A stretch of 64,000 nucleotides of DNA from a virus (IMGVR_UViG_3300036768_001879:3441-67440); one strand, 5' to 3'; shown: positions 1 to 9,629, numbered from the stretch's first letter. Notes: generated by a model not told the origin, from the sequence alone. Numbers and translations are program-made.

Positions 1-36
1 GCCACAATCAACCCCTGACCTGAAAGGAGACAGCCT

Positions 37-336
37 GTGAAACGACACATCATTGCGGCAGCGCTGCTGCTCGCCATCCCCGTCGCGCTCTGGATGCACC
101 ATCGGGCTGCAGCGCTGACAACGACAACCGCAGCGGCACCGGCGCAGACGCTCTGCAACTGCGACGGCAGCTGCTGCCCGTCCAATTGCGCCTGCAGCGG
201 GATGACGGAAAGTTTCGGCTATCTGCCGGATCTCGGATGCCGTTCGTCCTGTTGTAAAATCACCAACAAGGTCTGCAATACCGACCATAACATTACGACA
301 AGCTACCGGATCTGCATCTGGAGTCTGTGCGGCTGA
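37..336 (+). CDS. small exported cysteine-rich protein
   Basis: GTG start after AAAGGAG RBS; N-terminal hydrophobic signal-like segment; 12 Cys in the mature part. Confidence 0.6.
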   Translation: MKRHIIAAALLLAIPVALWMHHRAAALTTTTAAAPAQTLCNCDGSCCPSNCACSGMTESFGYLPDLGCRSSCCKITNKVCNTDHNITTSYRICIWSLCG

Positions 337-383
337 ATCCGGCAGCGCCTCAAACAGTCAGTGAAAGGAGCTGAAAAAAAACC

Positions 384-1016
384 ATGAAAAAAGCGATCAC
401 ATCAAGCCCGGCGCTCCTGCTGGTCTGCTGCATTCTCGTAATGCTGACAGTGCTGGCGCGCGAGCGCCTGACAAAGCAGCAGGACGTGAAGGTGGACGAA
501 AAGACCGGCTTCACCGTGACGTGGGTTGAAACACAACTCGACAAGCAGGGACGCGGCACGTTTCTCAATCACGTGGCCACGCGGCTTATCCGGAGCGACG
601 GGCAGTTTGTCGAACTGCAGAAATACTTCACCGGCAAAGAGGCGGTCGGATGGAGTCAGGGCGAACGCTTCCTGACCTGGTTTGAAGGCGACACGGTGAT
701 TCACGACATTGGCCGCCGCCTGCAGCCGCAGGACGCGCTTGCCGCTTTTGAGCGCGTCAACCGCGCCGACCTTGACGCTCCGCCGTTTAGCGCGCTGCAC
801 GGCATCAAAGTGGTCAACGTCAAACCGGACGCCGAAGGCGCAGTCCGGTCGTACTCGCCCGAGATGGGCGGGCTGACGCTCAGAAAGCTCAGCCATGCGG
901 GCGGGCTGACCTGGGGCAGAGAGACGGTAGCCATTATGCGCGGTGAGCCTGACCAGAAGCTGTGGGACGCTTTTATGAAGAAAGTCCCGGCAGGGCTGTC
1001 GGTAGTCATTGACTGA
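384..1016 (+). CDS. hypothetical exported/membrane-anchored protein
   Basis: AAAGGAG upstream; N-terminal hydrophobic helix; 210 aa. Confidence 0.65.
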   Translation: MKKAITSSPALLLVCCILVMLTVLARERLTKQQDVKVDEKTGFTVTWVETQLDKQGRGTFLNHVATRLIRSDGQFVELQKYFTGKEAVGWSQGERFLTWFEGDTVIHDIGRRLQPQDALAAFERVNRADLDAPPFSALHGIKVVNVKPDAEGAVRSYSPEMGGLTLRKLSHAGGLTWGRETVAIMRGEPDQKLWDAFMKKVPAGLSVVID

Positions 1017-1077
1017 ACGAACCAGAACCTGAAAGACGGGCGGCAGCCGCAGGCGAATCGCCCGTCACTTCGCTGCC

Positions 1078-1515
1078 ATGAATCACGGTCTGTACAACGA
1101 TCCCGATATTCCGGCCTTCAAACCGGAACCGCTTGCCGCGCTGCGCGCGCGCTTTCCGCAGGCCATTGCCGAGCAGTTCACAGACCCCTGCGATCCGCGC
1201 CTGCGCCGCCCGCTGCACTTCTTCGATTTTGAGGACAATTTCCGTCTCCACATCAGCCGCGACCTGAACCGGTACGGCTCGTTCATCACTGTCAGCGGCT
1301 GGCCGACGAGCGGCAGACAGCTGCCGATCCCGATCCTGCTCATCAGACTGACGCTGCATTTCGGCGCGCTGTCCGATCACCGCTACGGGATGGGCGAATT
1401 CGTGGTGACCGGGCCGGAAGCGGCGGTGCTGATGGTCAGAGTGGATGACGCGCCCGCCGCCGAACCGGAATGGCCTGAATTCATCACGCTCGACAATGAC
1501 TCTGCAGGAACTTGA
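1078..1515 (+). CDS. hypothetical protein
   Basis: 145-aa ORF in operon orientation, overlaps next gene. Confidence 0.55.
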   Translation: MNHGLYNDPDIPAFKPEPLAALRARFPQAIAEQFTDPCDPRLRRPLHFFDFEDNFRLHISRDLNRYGSFITVSGWPTSGRQLPIPILLIRLTLHFGALSDHRYGMGEFVVTGPEAAVLMVRVDDAPAAEPEWPEFITLDNDSAGT

Positions 1516-1903
1516 ACTCAACATCCGACAGGCAGCCGCCGAACTGCGCGAAGCGAACGCGCTGCTCAAGCAGGCGGCGCAGGACTGGCCGCACGCCGAG
1601 CGGCGCTACCGTCAGGCCTACGCTGAAGCCTTCGTCCGGCTGTGCGAGAACCCCGACGCGCGCCGCATGACCAACCCCGAGAAAGACGCGCGCTGCACGC
1701 TCGAAACCTCCGACCAGTGGCTGGCGGCGCATCTGGCCGAAGGCTCGCTGACAGCGGCCAGAGAGCTGGTGCGCTCGCTGCAGGCCACGCTCTCGGCCTG
1801 GCAGACGCTTTCAAACAACCTGCGCGCCGAACTCGATCTGACGCGCTACCCTCACGAGAACCGCCCGGTCGCGGCACCGCGCCCGCCGCAGCCTGCGCGC
1901 TGA
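1496..1903 (+). CDS. helical protein, possibly UvsY-like recombination mediator
   Basis: Start trimmed to ATG 1496 (MTLQELE); coiled-coil pattern AERRYRQAYAEAF...LSAWQTL resembles UvsY-like phage proteins. Confidence 0.45.
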   Translation: MTLQELELNIRQAAAELREANALLKQAAQDWPHAERRYRQAYAEAFVRLCENPDARRMTNPEKDARCTLETSDQWLAAHLAEGSLTAARELVRSLQATLSAWQTLSNNLRAELDLTRYPHENRPVAAPRPPQPAR

Positions 1904-1969
1904 CAACCAGCGCCCGGCGCGAAGCTGCCGGGCGGCGCTGACGGTCACTCCGAAGGTGACTTTACTTTG

Positions 1970-1983
1970 TTGACCGAAATCAA
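1970..1983. promoter_or_regulatory. TTGAY-N4-RTCAA operator-like palindrome
   Basis: TTGACCGAAATCAA within TTGTTGA-N6-TCAATAA; same motif recurs in several intergenic regions. Confidence 0.55.
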
Positions 1984-2026
1984 TAAAATAACGCTCGCAA
2001 TAAACACAAGGGCTGACACTCCTTGT

Positions 2027-2056
2027 TTGACCTGACAGTTCACGGACGGGTATACT
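2027..2056 (+). promoter_or_regulatory. sigma70-type promoter of the replication operon
   Basis: TTGACC-N18-TATACT; overlapped by inverted repeat TGACAGT(2033-2039)/ACTGTCA(2054-2060). Confidence 0.65.
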
Positions 2057-2062
2057 GTCAAC

Positions 2063-2150
2063 AAGCCTCTTAGTGAGGGCTGGCTCCTTCCGACTTGTCA
2101 CCGGAAGCAGAAACCCGTCAGCCAGCTTTCACTAAGGGGCTTCTCTTTTT
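2063..2150 (+). terminator. structured leader / attenuator upstream of the replication initiator
   Basis: 20-bp stem 2065-2084/2121-2140 (with G-U pairs), inner hairpin CTTCCG/CGGAAG, followed by TTCTCTTTTT. Confidence 0.55.
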
Positions 2151-2158
2151 CTCACGCC

Positions 2159-3754
2159 ATGATCCATCGCAAGAAAGACAGAACCGGCAGCACGCCGATT
2201 GATCGCAGGCTGCTGCAGGACAGTTCGATCAGTTTTGAAACGCTCGGAATGCTCTGCTACCTGCTCTCGCACGCCGACACGTGGGAGATCACGCTGCACG
2301 ACATTGAGCGGCAGGGCGGGATCAAAGCCGCGCGGCGACAGCGCATGATGCGCGAAGCCGAGCAGGCGGGATATCTGGAACGGCGCGAATGCCGCACCAG
2401 CGGCAAAGTGACGTACCGGACAGACCTGCACGAAATCCCGCTCCCGCCCGAACGCCGCACCAGCCTCCGCTGCAATCATCGCCCTCAGTCAAAACCGCCG
2501 CAACCGGCCCGACCGCAAACGGAAAAACCGTCTGCGGCAAAGCGCACCGCAGACGGAAAACCCGCTTGCGGCAAGCCCGCACGCAGCCGCACCGCAGACG
2601 GAAAACCCGCTTGCGGCAACGCAGCCAGCGCGCCCGTCAAAGCATTCAAAACAAAGCGAAAAGAGGTGTCACCGCAAGCGGAAAACCCGTTTGCGGTGCA
2701 GCCGCAGCCGGGCGTACCGCAAGCGGGTAAACCGCAAGCGGGTAAACCGCAGACGGAAAAACCGCAGACGGAAAACCCGCTTGCGGCTATAAATAAATTA
2801 CATGCATGTGAATTACATACATGTGAATTACATGAAAGTGAAAAACATGAAATACCAGAAACATGGGATCAAAAGAGAGAAGTGAAAACAAAACATGCCG
2901 ACCCGCCAGCAGACGCGGACGGGCTGCCGCCCGCCGCGCAGCCTGAAGATTCGCTCTCTGCGCCGTCCGGCTGCGGCTGCACAACGCCGGAAAGCGCAGC
3001 AGGCGCGCCCGGCAACGAGCAGGCAGCGCCGGAGAGCGAACTGACGCGCGCGCGCTGGACCTGCGCCGCCCAACCCGCGCTGCCGAGCCTGCAGCCGGGC
3101 CTGAGCGCGAACCGTGAACTGCATCTCTGGCACAGGTGGTGCGCCAGCTGCTTCGGGCATTACTGGCAGCAGCGGTATCAGCCGCAGCGCTGGCGCTGCC
3201 GCGAAGCCGACGCCGTGCGCCTGCACGAACTGATCCGGGCGCATCAGGAGATCACCTTCCGCGACTGGCGCATCGCTATTCGCAATTACCTCGCCACGCC
3301 GCAGGCGCGCCACACGCTGGCCGATCTGGCGCAGCGTTACGAAGTCTTTCGCGCGCACCCGCTCAATCAGTTCAAGCAGCCTCAGGCCGGATACCAGGAG
3401 CGTCCGACGGACGGGCTGACGCCCGCCGAGATCGCGCAGCTTTTTGAGCACCGCGAACGTCAGGCGCTGCGCTACAACGCCACCTGCCGGATTCAGGAAC
3501 TGATGCGCCGCCGCCTGCTCTACAACGAGGCTCCCGACGAGTGGGAGGTCGAATGGTGCAACCGGCTGCTGGCGGGCGAGTTCGATCCGCTGCAGTACCC
3601 GCGCGCCTACCAGTACCGCCGCGAATACTACGCGCGGCGCGGGCTGTCCGTGCCCGCACAGACGCCGGAAGCGCAGGCGCAGCTGGCGCAGATTCTCGCG
3701 GCAGCCGGTCAGGCCGGGCTGCCGGTGATGGAGGTTTCGCAATGGCAGAACTGA
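2159..3754 (+). CDS. phage replication initiator (N-terminal wHTH, replisome organiser type)
   Basis: LQDSSISFETLGMLCYLLSHADTWEI motif typical of phage HTH replication proteins; internal iterons; precedes primase-helicase. Confidence 0.75.
   Translation: MIHRKKDRTGSTPIDRRLLQDSSISFETLGMLCYLLSHADTWEITLHDIERQGGIKAARRQRMMREAEQAGYLERRECRTSGKVTYRTDLHEIPLPPERRTSLRCNHRPQSKPPQPARPQTEKPSAAKRTADGKPACGKPARSRTADGKPACGNAASAPVKAFKTKRKEVSPQAENPFAVQPQPGVPQAGKPQAGKPQTEKPQTENPLAAINKLHACELHTCELHESEKHEIPETWDQKREVKTKHADPPADADGLPPAAQPEDSLSAPSGCGCTTPESAAGAPGNEQAAPESELTRARWTCAAQPALPSLQPGLSANRELHLWHRWCASCFGHYWQQRYQPQRWRCREADAVRLHELIRAHQEITFRDWRIAIRNYLATPQARHTLADLAQRYEVFRAHPLNQFKQPQAGYQERPTDGLTPAEIAQLFEHRERQALRYNATCRIQELMRRRLLYNEAPDEWEVEWCNRLLAGEFDPLQYPRAYQYRREYYARRGLSVPAQTPEAQAQLAQILAAAGQAGLPVMEVSQWQN
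2513..2870. repeat. putative replication origin: iterons plus AT-rich unwinding element
   Basis: Repeated CCGCA(A/G)(A/G)CGG / CCGCTTGCGG units at 15-bp period (2513-2786), then AT-rich 15-bp repeats TTACAT(G/A)CATGTGAA. Confidence 0.7.
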
Positions 3755-5613
3755 ACGCACAGTCAATGCTCGATGCCGCGCTCGAATACGCCGCGCGCGG
3801 CTGGCACGTGGTTCCGCTGCACACGCCGGATGAGCGCGGAGCCTGCTCCTGTCGGCAGGGCGCGGCCTGCGACAACTCCGGCAAGCATCCGCGGACGCTC
3901 AACGGTCACAGCGATGCCACCGCCGACGAGCAGAAGATCAGGCAGTGGTGGAGCATGTGGCCGAACGCCAACATCGGCATCGCCACCGGGCCGTCAGGCC
4001 TCTTTGTGGCCGACATTGACCCGAAGGATCGCGGGCAGGAGACCTGGCGCGCGCTGATTGCCCGCCACGGCGGCAGCGGGCGCGGGCGCGTGGCCGTGAC
4101 CGGCAGCGGCGGCTGGCACGTCTACTACCTGCGCGGCGACTGCCAGCTCTCGCAGGGCAACAGCAAGTCGGGCATCGGGATCGGCCCTGGCGTGGACTAT
4201 CGCGCCGCCACCGGGTATGTCGTCGCGCCGCCGTCGCTGCACGCGAGCGGCGGGCGTTACCGCTGGAAACACGCCGACGATCCCGAACCGCTGCCCGCCT
4301 GGATTCCGGCTGAGATCGCGCAGCAGCAGCGGCAGGCCGCAGGCAGCGCGGCTGAAATGCAGAGCCTGCGCGCCGCCGCGCAGATTCCGCGCGGCGTGCG
4401 GCACCGCTACCTGCGCAACGTGGCGGCAGTGGCGCGGCACGACGGCTTTGACCGCGAAGGCATCCTGGCGCTGCTGCGCGCGGAAAATCGCAAGTGCGAT
4501 CCGCCCAAGAGCGATCAGGAACTGATCGGGCTGGCCGAATGGTTTGCGAAGAAGGAGCCGGGCCGGGCGCTGGCTGAAGTGATCGAACACACCGGGCTGC
4601 AGGCAGCGCAGCCGGACGCCGCCGAGCCGTTCACGCTGCCGACGCTCGAAGAGTACCGCGCCAGCATCCTTGAGATTTACGAGCGCGGGCTGCAGCGCGG
4701 CGTCTCGACCGGATGGGATGCGCTCGACCGTTACTTCACGGTGCTGCCCGGAGGGCTGACCGTCATCAGCGGTTTCTCGACGATGGGCAAGACGGCTTTC
4801 CTGTCGGCGCTGGTCTGCAATCTGGCCGCGCAGCAGCGCTGGAAGTTCGGCCTCTTCACGCCGGAGATGCGGCCCTATGCCAGCTACTTCTTCCGGCTGG
4901 CCGAAACCTGGAAGGCGCGCAGCTTCTCGCGCTGGACAGCGGAGCGCGGCAGTCGGGCCGAACTCGAAGACGCCATCACCGAGATGGCGGCGCGCCTGTT
5001 CCCGCTCGACGCGCTCAACGAGGCGGCGTTCACGTTTGACTGGTTTATTGACGCCGTGCAACGGCTTGATGATCGGAGTAAACTCGACGCCATCGTCGTT
5101 GACCACTGGATGAAGCTGATTCATCCGGCACCGCGCGGCGGCGAGAGCCGGTCGGACGTGGTCATCCGGCAGGTCAATCAGCTCAAGGCGCTGTGCGAGC
5201 AGCGCCGGATTCACTGCTTTCTGGTCGTGCATCCGCGCGTGCTGGGCCGGTTGTCGGACGGATCGCTGCCGGTGGCCGACATTGACGATCTGCCCGACAG
5301 TCGCGGCTGGCCCGCGCTGATTGACAATTTTCTGGTGCCGCACCGCGACAAGCGCGACGGCGACAACCGCGTCACCATTCACGTGCGCAAGCGCAAGCCC
5401 TGGTGGATCGGCGAGGAAGGCAGCTGCGAGCTCTGGTACGACGCGCTGACCGGTTGTTACTCGGATTCGCCGGAGGCGGGCGCGTTCGCCCGCGAAGTCT
5501 ACGCCGACTACAAGACGCGTTCAGCAGCCGATGATTCAGCGGACGCCGCGCCGCCCGCCGCCGCGCCCGCAGCGGCTTCGGACGATGAGGCTGCCGTCAA
5601 AATGCCCTTCTGA
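3742..5613 (+). CDS. bifunctional primase-polymerase (Prim-Pol) + PriCT + SF4/DnaB-like helicase
   Basis: ATG 3742 after GGAGG; ALEYAARGWHVVPL, NIGIATG, ADIDPK, GGWHVYY, GYVVAPPSLHASG; Walker A GFSTMGKT; IVVDHW and LVVHP motifs. Confidence 0.85.
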   Translation: MAELNAQSMLDAALEYAARGWHVVPLHTPDERGACSCRQGAACDNSGKHPRTLNGHSDATADEQKIRQWWSMWPNANIGIATGPSGLFVADIDPKDRGQETWRALIARHGGSGRGRVAVTGSGGWHVYYLRGDCQLSQGNSKSGIGIGPGVDYRAATGYVVAPPSLHASGGRYRWKHADDPEPLPAWIPAEIAQQQRQAAGSAAEMQSLRAAAQIPRGVRHRYLRNVAAVARHDGFDREGILALLRAENRKCDPPKSDQELIGLAEWFAKKEPGRALAEVIEHTGLQAAQPDAAEPFTLPTLEEYRASILEIYERGLQRGVSTGWDALDRYFTVLPGGLTVISGFSTMGKTAFLSALVCNLAAQQRWKFGLFTPEMRPYASYFFRLAETWKARSFSRWTAERGSRAELEDAITEMAARLFPLDALNEAAFTFDWFIDAVQRLDDRSKLDAIVVDHWMKLIHPAPRGGESRSDVVIRQVNQLKALCEQRRIHCFLVVHPRVLGRLSDGSLPVADIDDLPDSRGWPALIDNFLVPHRDKRDGDNRVTIHVRKRKPWWIGEEGSCELWYDALTGCYSDSPEAGAFAREVYADYKTRSAADDSADAAPPAAAPAAASDDEAAVKMPF

Positions 5614-5623
5614 AAGGAGCGTT

Positions 5624-6079
5624 ATGTATCTGCTGGAAAGCCTGCTGCTGGAAATACTCGCACTGCTGCCTGCATCGCATCGCAGGCCGCACATCATCAT
5701 CACCGTCCGTGAACCGCATTCACGGCTCAGCATCAAGGGAGGAAACAAAATGGGTATTGTACTGACCGATACGCAGTTCGTTGAACTCGGGCCGATTCAG
5801 GCCGTGGACGCGCGCGGCAACCCGGCGCGCATTGACGGCGCGCCAGCCTGGAGCGTTTCAGCGCCGGAACTGATCTCGCTCACGGTGTCGGCTGACGGAC
5901 TCTCGGCCACTGCCGCCGCAGCCGGGCCGCTCGGCTCGGCGCAGATCATCGTCAAAGCGGACGCCGACCTGGGCGAAGGCGTGACGGAAATCACCGGCAC
6001 GCTCGACGTCGAGGTCATTGCCGGGCAGGCAGTCGGCATCAGGATCCCTGCCGGACAGCCTGCCGAAGCCGGGCAGTAG
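5624..6079 (+). CDS. Ig-like domain protein
   Basis: ATG 5624 after AAGGAG (alternative start 5750 after GGGAGGA); beta-rich DARGNPARIDGAPAWSVS...ADADLGEGV. Confidence 0.55.
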   Translation: MYLLESLLLEILALLPASHRRPHIIITVREPHSRLSIKGGNKMGIVLTDTQFVELGPIQAVDARGNPARIDGAPAWSVSAPELISLTVSADGLSATAAAAGPLGSAQIIVKADADLGEGVTEITGTLDVEVIAGQAVGIRIPAGQPAEAGQ

Positions 6080-6144
6080 CCGCGCGCGTACCCGCAGGGC
6101 GCGCGGACTCGCACGCGCGCTCTGCGGGGCAGTCGGGAGGCGCA

Positions 6145-6591
6145 ATGAACAAAGCCATCATCAGTTGCGACGGGCTGGCCGAGCCGGCCAATCCGGGCCA
6201 CGCTATCTGGGCCTTCGTCGCCATCCCGCCCGATGACCGCGCCGTCATCACGCAGGCCGGTTACATCGGCCCGGAGATCAGCAACAACGTGGCCGAATAC
6301 TACGCCGTCGGCATGGCGCTCAAATATGCCAGCGATCAGCAGTGGCAGGCCGTCGAGGTGTGGACGGACAGCCTGGTGGTGGTCAGGCAGGTGACGGGCG
6401 ACTGGCGGTGCAATCGCGATTCGCTCATCAGGCTGCGCGACCGGATCAGAACGCTCAGTCAGCAGTTCGCGCAGTTCAGTCTGCAGTGGCATCCGCGCGA
6501 GCAGAACCACCTGCCCGACCGCGCCTGCCGCGAACTTTACAAATCAATGTTCGGCGCATATCCGCCCGAACGCGAAAGGAAACGCTCATGA
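6145..6591 (+). CDS. rnhA: ribonuclease HI family protein
   Basis: DG..NPG, SNNVAEYYA, TDSLVVVRQVTGDW, WHPREQN..D motifs of RNase HI. Confidence 0.85.
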   Translation: MNKAIISCDGLAEPANPGHAIWAFVAIPPDDRAVITQAGYIGPEISNNVAEYYAVGMALKYASDQQWQAVEVWTDSLVVVRQVTGDWRCNRDSLIRLRDRIRTLSQQFAQFSLQWHPREQNHLPDRACRELYKSMFGAYPPERERKRS

Positions 6592-8162
6592 CAACTCTGG
6601 CCGCAAACAAACCCATGAAGATTCAGCTGATTGACCACAAACTGATTGTGCCGTCGGCTGACAATCCGCGCCGCAGCTGCGACGAGCGCAGGCTGCAGGA
6701 ACTGGCCGCCTCGATCCGCGAGCACGGCATTCTGGAACCGCTGCTCGTGCGCCCGGCGCAGAAGAAACAGCGATTTGAAATCATCAGCGGCGAACGGCGC
6801 TGGCGCGCTGCCGCTATTGCCCGGCTCAGGGCGCTGCCCTGCGTCGTGATGAGCGCCGACGATGAGCGCGCCTTTCAGATGCGCATCATCGAAAACCTTC
6901 AGCGCGAGGACGTTCATCCGCTCGACGAGGCGCAGGCTTTCGCTGAAATGATGACGCGCTTCGGGCGCGAAGCCGGGGAGATCGCTGCCGGCATCGGGCG
7001 CTCGACCGGCTACGTCTGGCGTCGCCGCCAGCTGGTTGAACTGCCCGAGCGGGCGCAGCAGGCGCTGCGTGACGGCTCGCTGCACCTGAGCGTGGCTGAA
7101 CTGCTCGTCACCGTTGCGCCGGAACTGCGCGACGAGGCGCTCGGCGATCTGATGATGCCGCACGTGACCACGCTCTCAGCCGCCCGCCGCATCATCGAAG
7201 CGCGCTACCGCACGCAGCTCAAGGGCGCGCCCTTCGATGTGCGCGACGCGCAGCTGTACCCTGAAGCCGGTTCCTGCGCGCGCTGCCCGCGCAAGTCCGG
7301 CAACGCGCCGCTGCTCTTTGAGGATGAGGAACAGCCCAAAAACATCTGCCTCAATCCGGCCTGCTTTGCCGAGAAAGTCAGACGCGCCACCGGGCGCGCG
7401 CTGGAACGCGCCCGCGCTGAAGGCGTGCAGGTGATTGAAGATGAAAAGACGTTGCGGCAGATTTTTCCTTACACTGGCAGCAGCGTTTCGACCGCGTGCG
7501 CGTTCGTTGACGCCGACGCAACCTGCCCGGATGACATTGAGCGGACGTGGCGGCAGGTGATCGGCGACCGCCTGCCGCTCTACGCCGCAGTTGACCCGGC
7601 GGGCCGGGCGCACTTTCTCTACAAACGGCGCGAGGCGCGCCGTGCTGTCGAGGAACTGCTGCCGCCGCGCCCGGACCCGGCAGTGAATTTTCAGGATGAT
7701 GACGCCGCCGACGCCGCTGCGGAGCCCAGCCCGTCCGAACTGCGCGCTGAAGCCGCGCAGCGGCTGGTAGGTTGCATTGCGCAGCGCGCGCTTGAGAACG
7801 GCATCCAGAAGGACTGGTGGCGCGCAATGTGCCGCCTGGCGCTGAAGGACTTCTTCAGCGGCAACCTTCAGGCGCTGGCCGCGCGTTACGACCTCAAACC
7901 GGGCGATGCCGCGGAAGCCGAAACCATGCTCAGCGATCTGCTGGAAACCATGACCGTGGCGCAGCTGCAGGCGTTTCTGCTCGTGCTGATTGTGGCGAGC
8001 AGTTTCGAGCGGTATCGCTATCAGGCCGGGCGGCTCGAAGATATTGAAGCCGAAGCCCGCGACCTGTTCGGCTTTGATCTGAAGACCATCTGCGAGCAGG
8101 TGACGAAGGAACGCACCGCGTCCGCCCGCGCGGCGCGCAAAACAGCGGAGGCGGCGCGATGA
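6588..8162 (+). CDS. parB: ParB/RepB/Spo0J family protein
   Basis: NPR, ELAASIREHGILEPLLVRP, ISGERRWRAA, IENLQREDV, HTH; CARCP..CLNPACF zinc site; ATGA overlap. Confidence 0.85.
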   Translation: MTTLAANKPMKIQLIDHKLIVPSADNPRRSCDERRLQELAASIREHGILEPLLVRPAQKKQRFEIISGERRWRAAAIARLRALPCVVMSADDERAFQMRIIENLQREDVHPLDEAQAFAEMMTRFGREAGEIAAGIGRSTGYVWRRRQLVELPERAQQALRDGSLHLSVAELLVTVAPELRDEALGDLMMPHVTTLSAARRIIEARYRTQLKGAPFDVRDAQLYPEAGSCARCPRKSGNAPLLFEDEEQPKNICLNPACFAEKVRRATGRALERARAEGVQVIEDEKTLRQIFPYTGSSVSTACAFVDADATCPDDIERTWRQVIGDRLPLYAAVDPAGRAHFLYKRREARRAVEELLPPRPDPAVNFQDDDAADAAAEPSPSELRAEAAQRLVGCIAQRALENGIQKDWWRAMCRLALKDFFSGNLQALAARYDLKPGDAAEAETMLSDLLETMTVAQLQAFLLVLIVASSFERYRYQAGRLEDIEAEARDLFGFDLKTICEQVTKERTASARAARKTAEAAR

Positions 8163-8554
8163 GTTTTCATGTGCCTGAACGTTACCGGATCAGAAGCGGG
8201 CCGCTCGGCAGCGGCCCGGACTACGGCAACAACGGCGCATTCCTGATCCCGCCGTCGCTCGCCGGAAAGCGGCCCGCGCTGCGCGTGATCGCCACCGACA
8301 ATGACGGCTGGGAACACGTCTCGGTTTCGACGCCCTCACGCTGCCCGACCTGGGATGAAATGTGCCTGGTCAAACTGCTCTTCTGGGACGCCGAGGACTG
8401 CGTGATGCAGCTGCACCCGCCCGAAAGCCGGTGGATCAACAATCACCCGCACTGCCTCCATCTCTGGCGACCGCAGGCAGTTGAAATCCCGCAGCCGCCA
8501 GCCTGGATGGTGGGCGATCCGAAATCCAATCTGACACGGGAGGCTCGCAGATGA
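8159..8554 (+). CDS. conserved phage protein (DUF7694-like)
   Basis: GWEHVSVS..RCPTWDEMC..K..FW..QLHPP..NNHPHCLHLW signature. Confidence 0.7.
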   Translation: MSFHVPERYRIRSGPLGSGPDYGNNGAFLIPPSLAGKRPALRVIATDNDGWEHVSVSTPSRCPTWDEMCLVKLLFWDAEDCVMQLHPPESRWINNHPHCLHLWRPQAVEIPQPPAWMVGDPKSNLTREARR

Positions 8555-9030
8555 CCGAAACAACCGGACACGTCCGCGCGCTCAGTGAACTGCTCGACGA
8601 ACTGTGCCGGGCGCGGCAGGCGGCGGCTGAATCAGCGGCGCTGCTCGCCGCGCGACGGCGCGCCTTCGACGACGAACACGCCGAACTGCTGGCCGAAGTG
8701 GCCGCCGACAGCGCGCTGGTTGCGCGGCTGGAAGAGCAGGCGCGGCGGCTGGCGCTCGCCGTTTACGCCGCCACCGGACAGCGGGAACCCGTCGCCGGGT
8801 GCCGCGTCATCGAGGAGGTCAGGCTCGCTTACGATCAGCAGCGGGCGCTGCGGTGGGCGCGGACGCACGGCGTCTGTCTCAGGCTGGACACGGGCGCGTT
8901 TGAGCGGCTGGCCGCGCAGACCGCCGACTTCAGGGCGCAGGATCTGGACTTCGTGACGGTCGCGCGCCAGCCGCAGGTGCTGATTGACGAGGCTCCGGCG
9001 CGGGCGCGCGGGCGCGCTCAGGATTCCTGA
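8551..9030 (+). CDS. hypothetical protein
   Basis: ATGA overlap, GGAGG RBS, coiled-coil N-terminus. Confidence 0.6.
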   Translation: MTETTGHVRALSELLDELCRARQAAAESAALLAARRRAFDDEHAELLAEVAADSALVARLEEQARRLALAVYAATGQREPVAGCRVIEEVRLAYDQQRALRWARTHGVCLRLDTGAFERLAAQTADFRAQDLDFVTVARQPQVLIDEAPARARGRAQDS

Positions 9031-9101
9031 ACGTCCGCCCGCTTTACCGCCGTCAATGCGCGCCGGCAGGGCAGCCTTGACGGCGACATCAGGGAGCACC
9101 G

Positions 9102-9629
9102 ATGGGCAAGCGATTCACGATTGGAATTGACGCGGGCCGTCGCACGGGCGTGGCGGTCTTTGACCGGGCGCAGCGGCGGCTGGTTTATCTCGGCACGCTG
9201 GACTATTTCGGCGCGCGCGAGTACCTGAAGAAGAATTTCGCGCCCGGCGAATGCGACGTGCTGATCGAAGACCCGACGCGCCTGCGCCCGGCCTTTCTGC
9301 GTCCGACCAGTCTGTCCGACGAAGCTGCCGCGCAGCGCGTGCAGATGCACATTGCTCAGAAGGTGGGCGCTGTCAAACAGCTGACCGCGCTGCTCATCGA
9401 GGATCTGCGCCGTCTCGGGTACAACGTCGTGCCGGTCGCGCCGCAGCCGAAACGCCAGCGCGCCAAAAACGACGCGCGGCAATTCAAACTGCGCACCGGC
9501 TGGCCAGGCGCCAGCAACGAGCACACGCGCGATGCAGCCATGCTCTGCTACGGCGTGATGAGCGTGGCGCAGCCGGTGCCGGTCAGGGTCCAACCATTCC
9601 CGGCGCGCCGCCGCGCGCGCCGCTCATAA
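9102..9629 (+). CDS. RuvC-like Holliday junction resolvase
   Basis: IGIDAGRRTGVAV, LIEDP, NEHTRDAA RNase H-fold catalytic motifs. Confidence 0.75.
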   Translation: MGKRFTIGIDAGRRTGVAVFDRAQRRLVYLGTLDYFGAREYLKKNFAPGECDVLIEDPTRLRPAFLRPTSLSDEAAAQRVQMHIAQKVGAVKQLTALLIEDLRRLGYNVVPVAPQPKRQRAKNDARQFKLRTGWPGASNEHTRDAAMLCYGVMSVAQPVPVRVQPFPARRRARRS

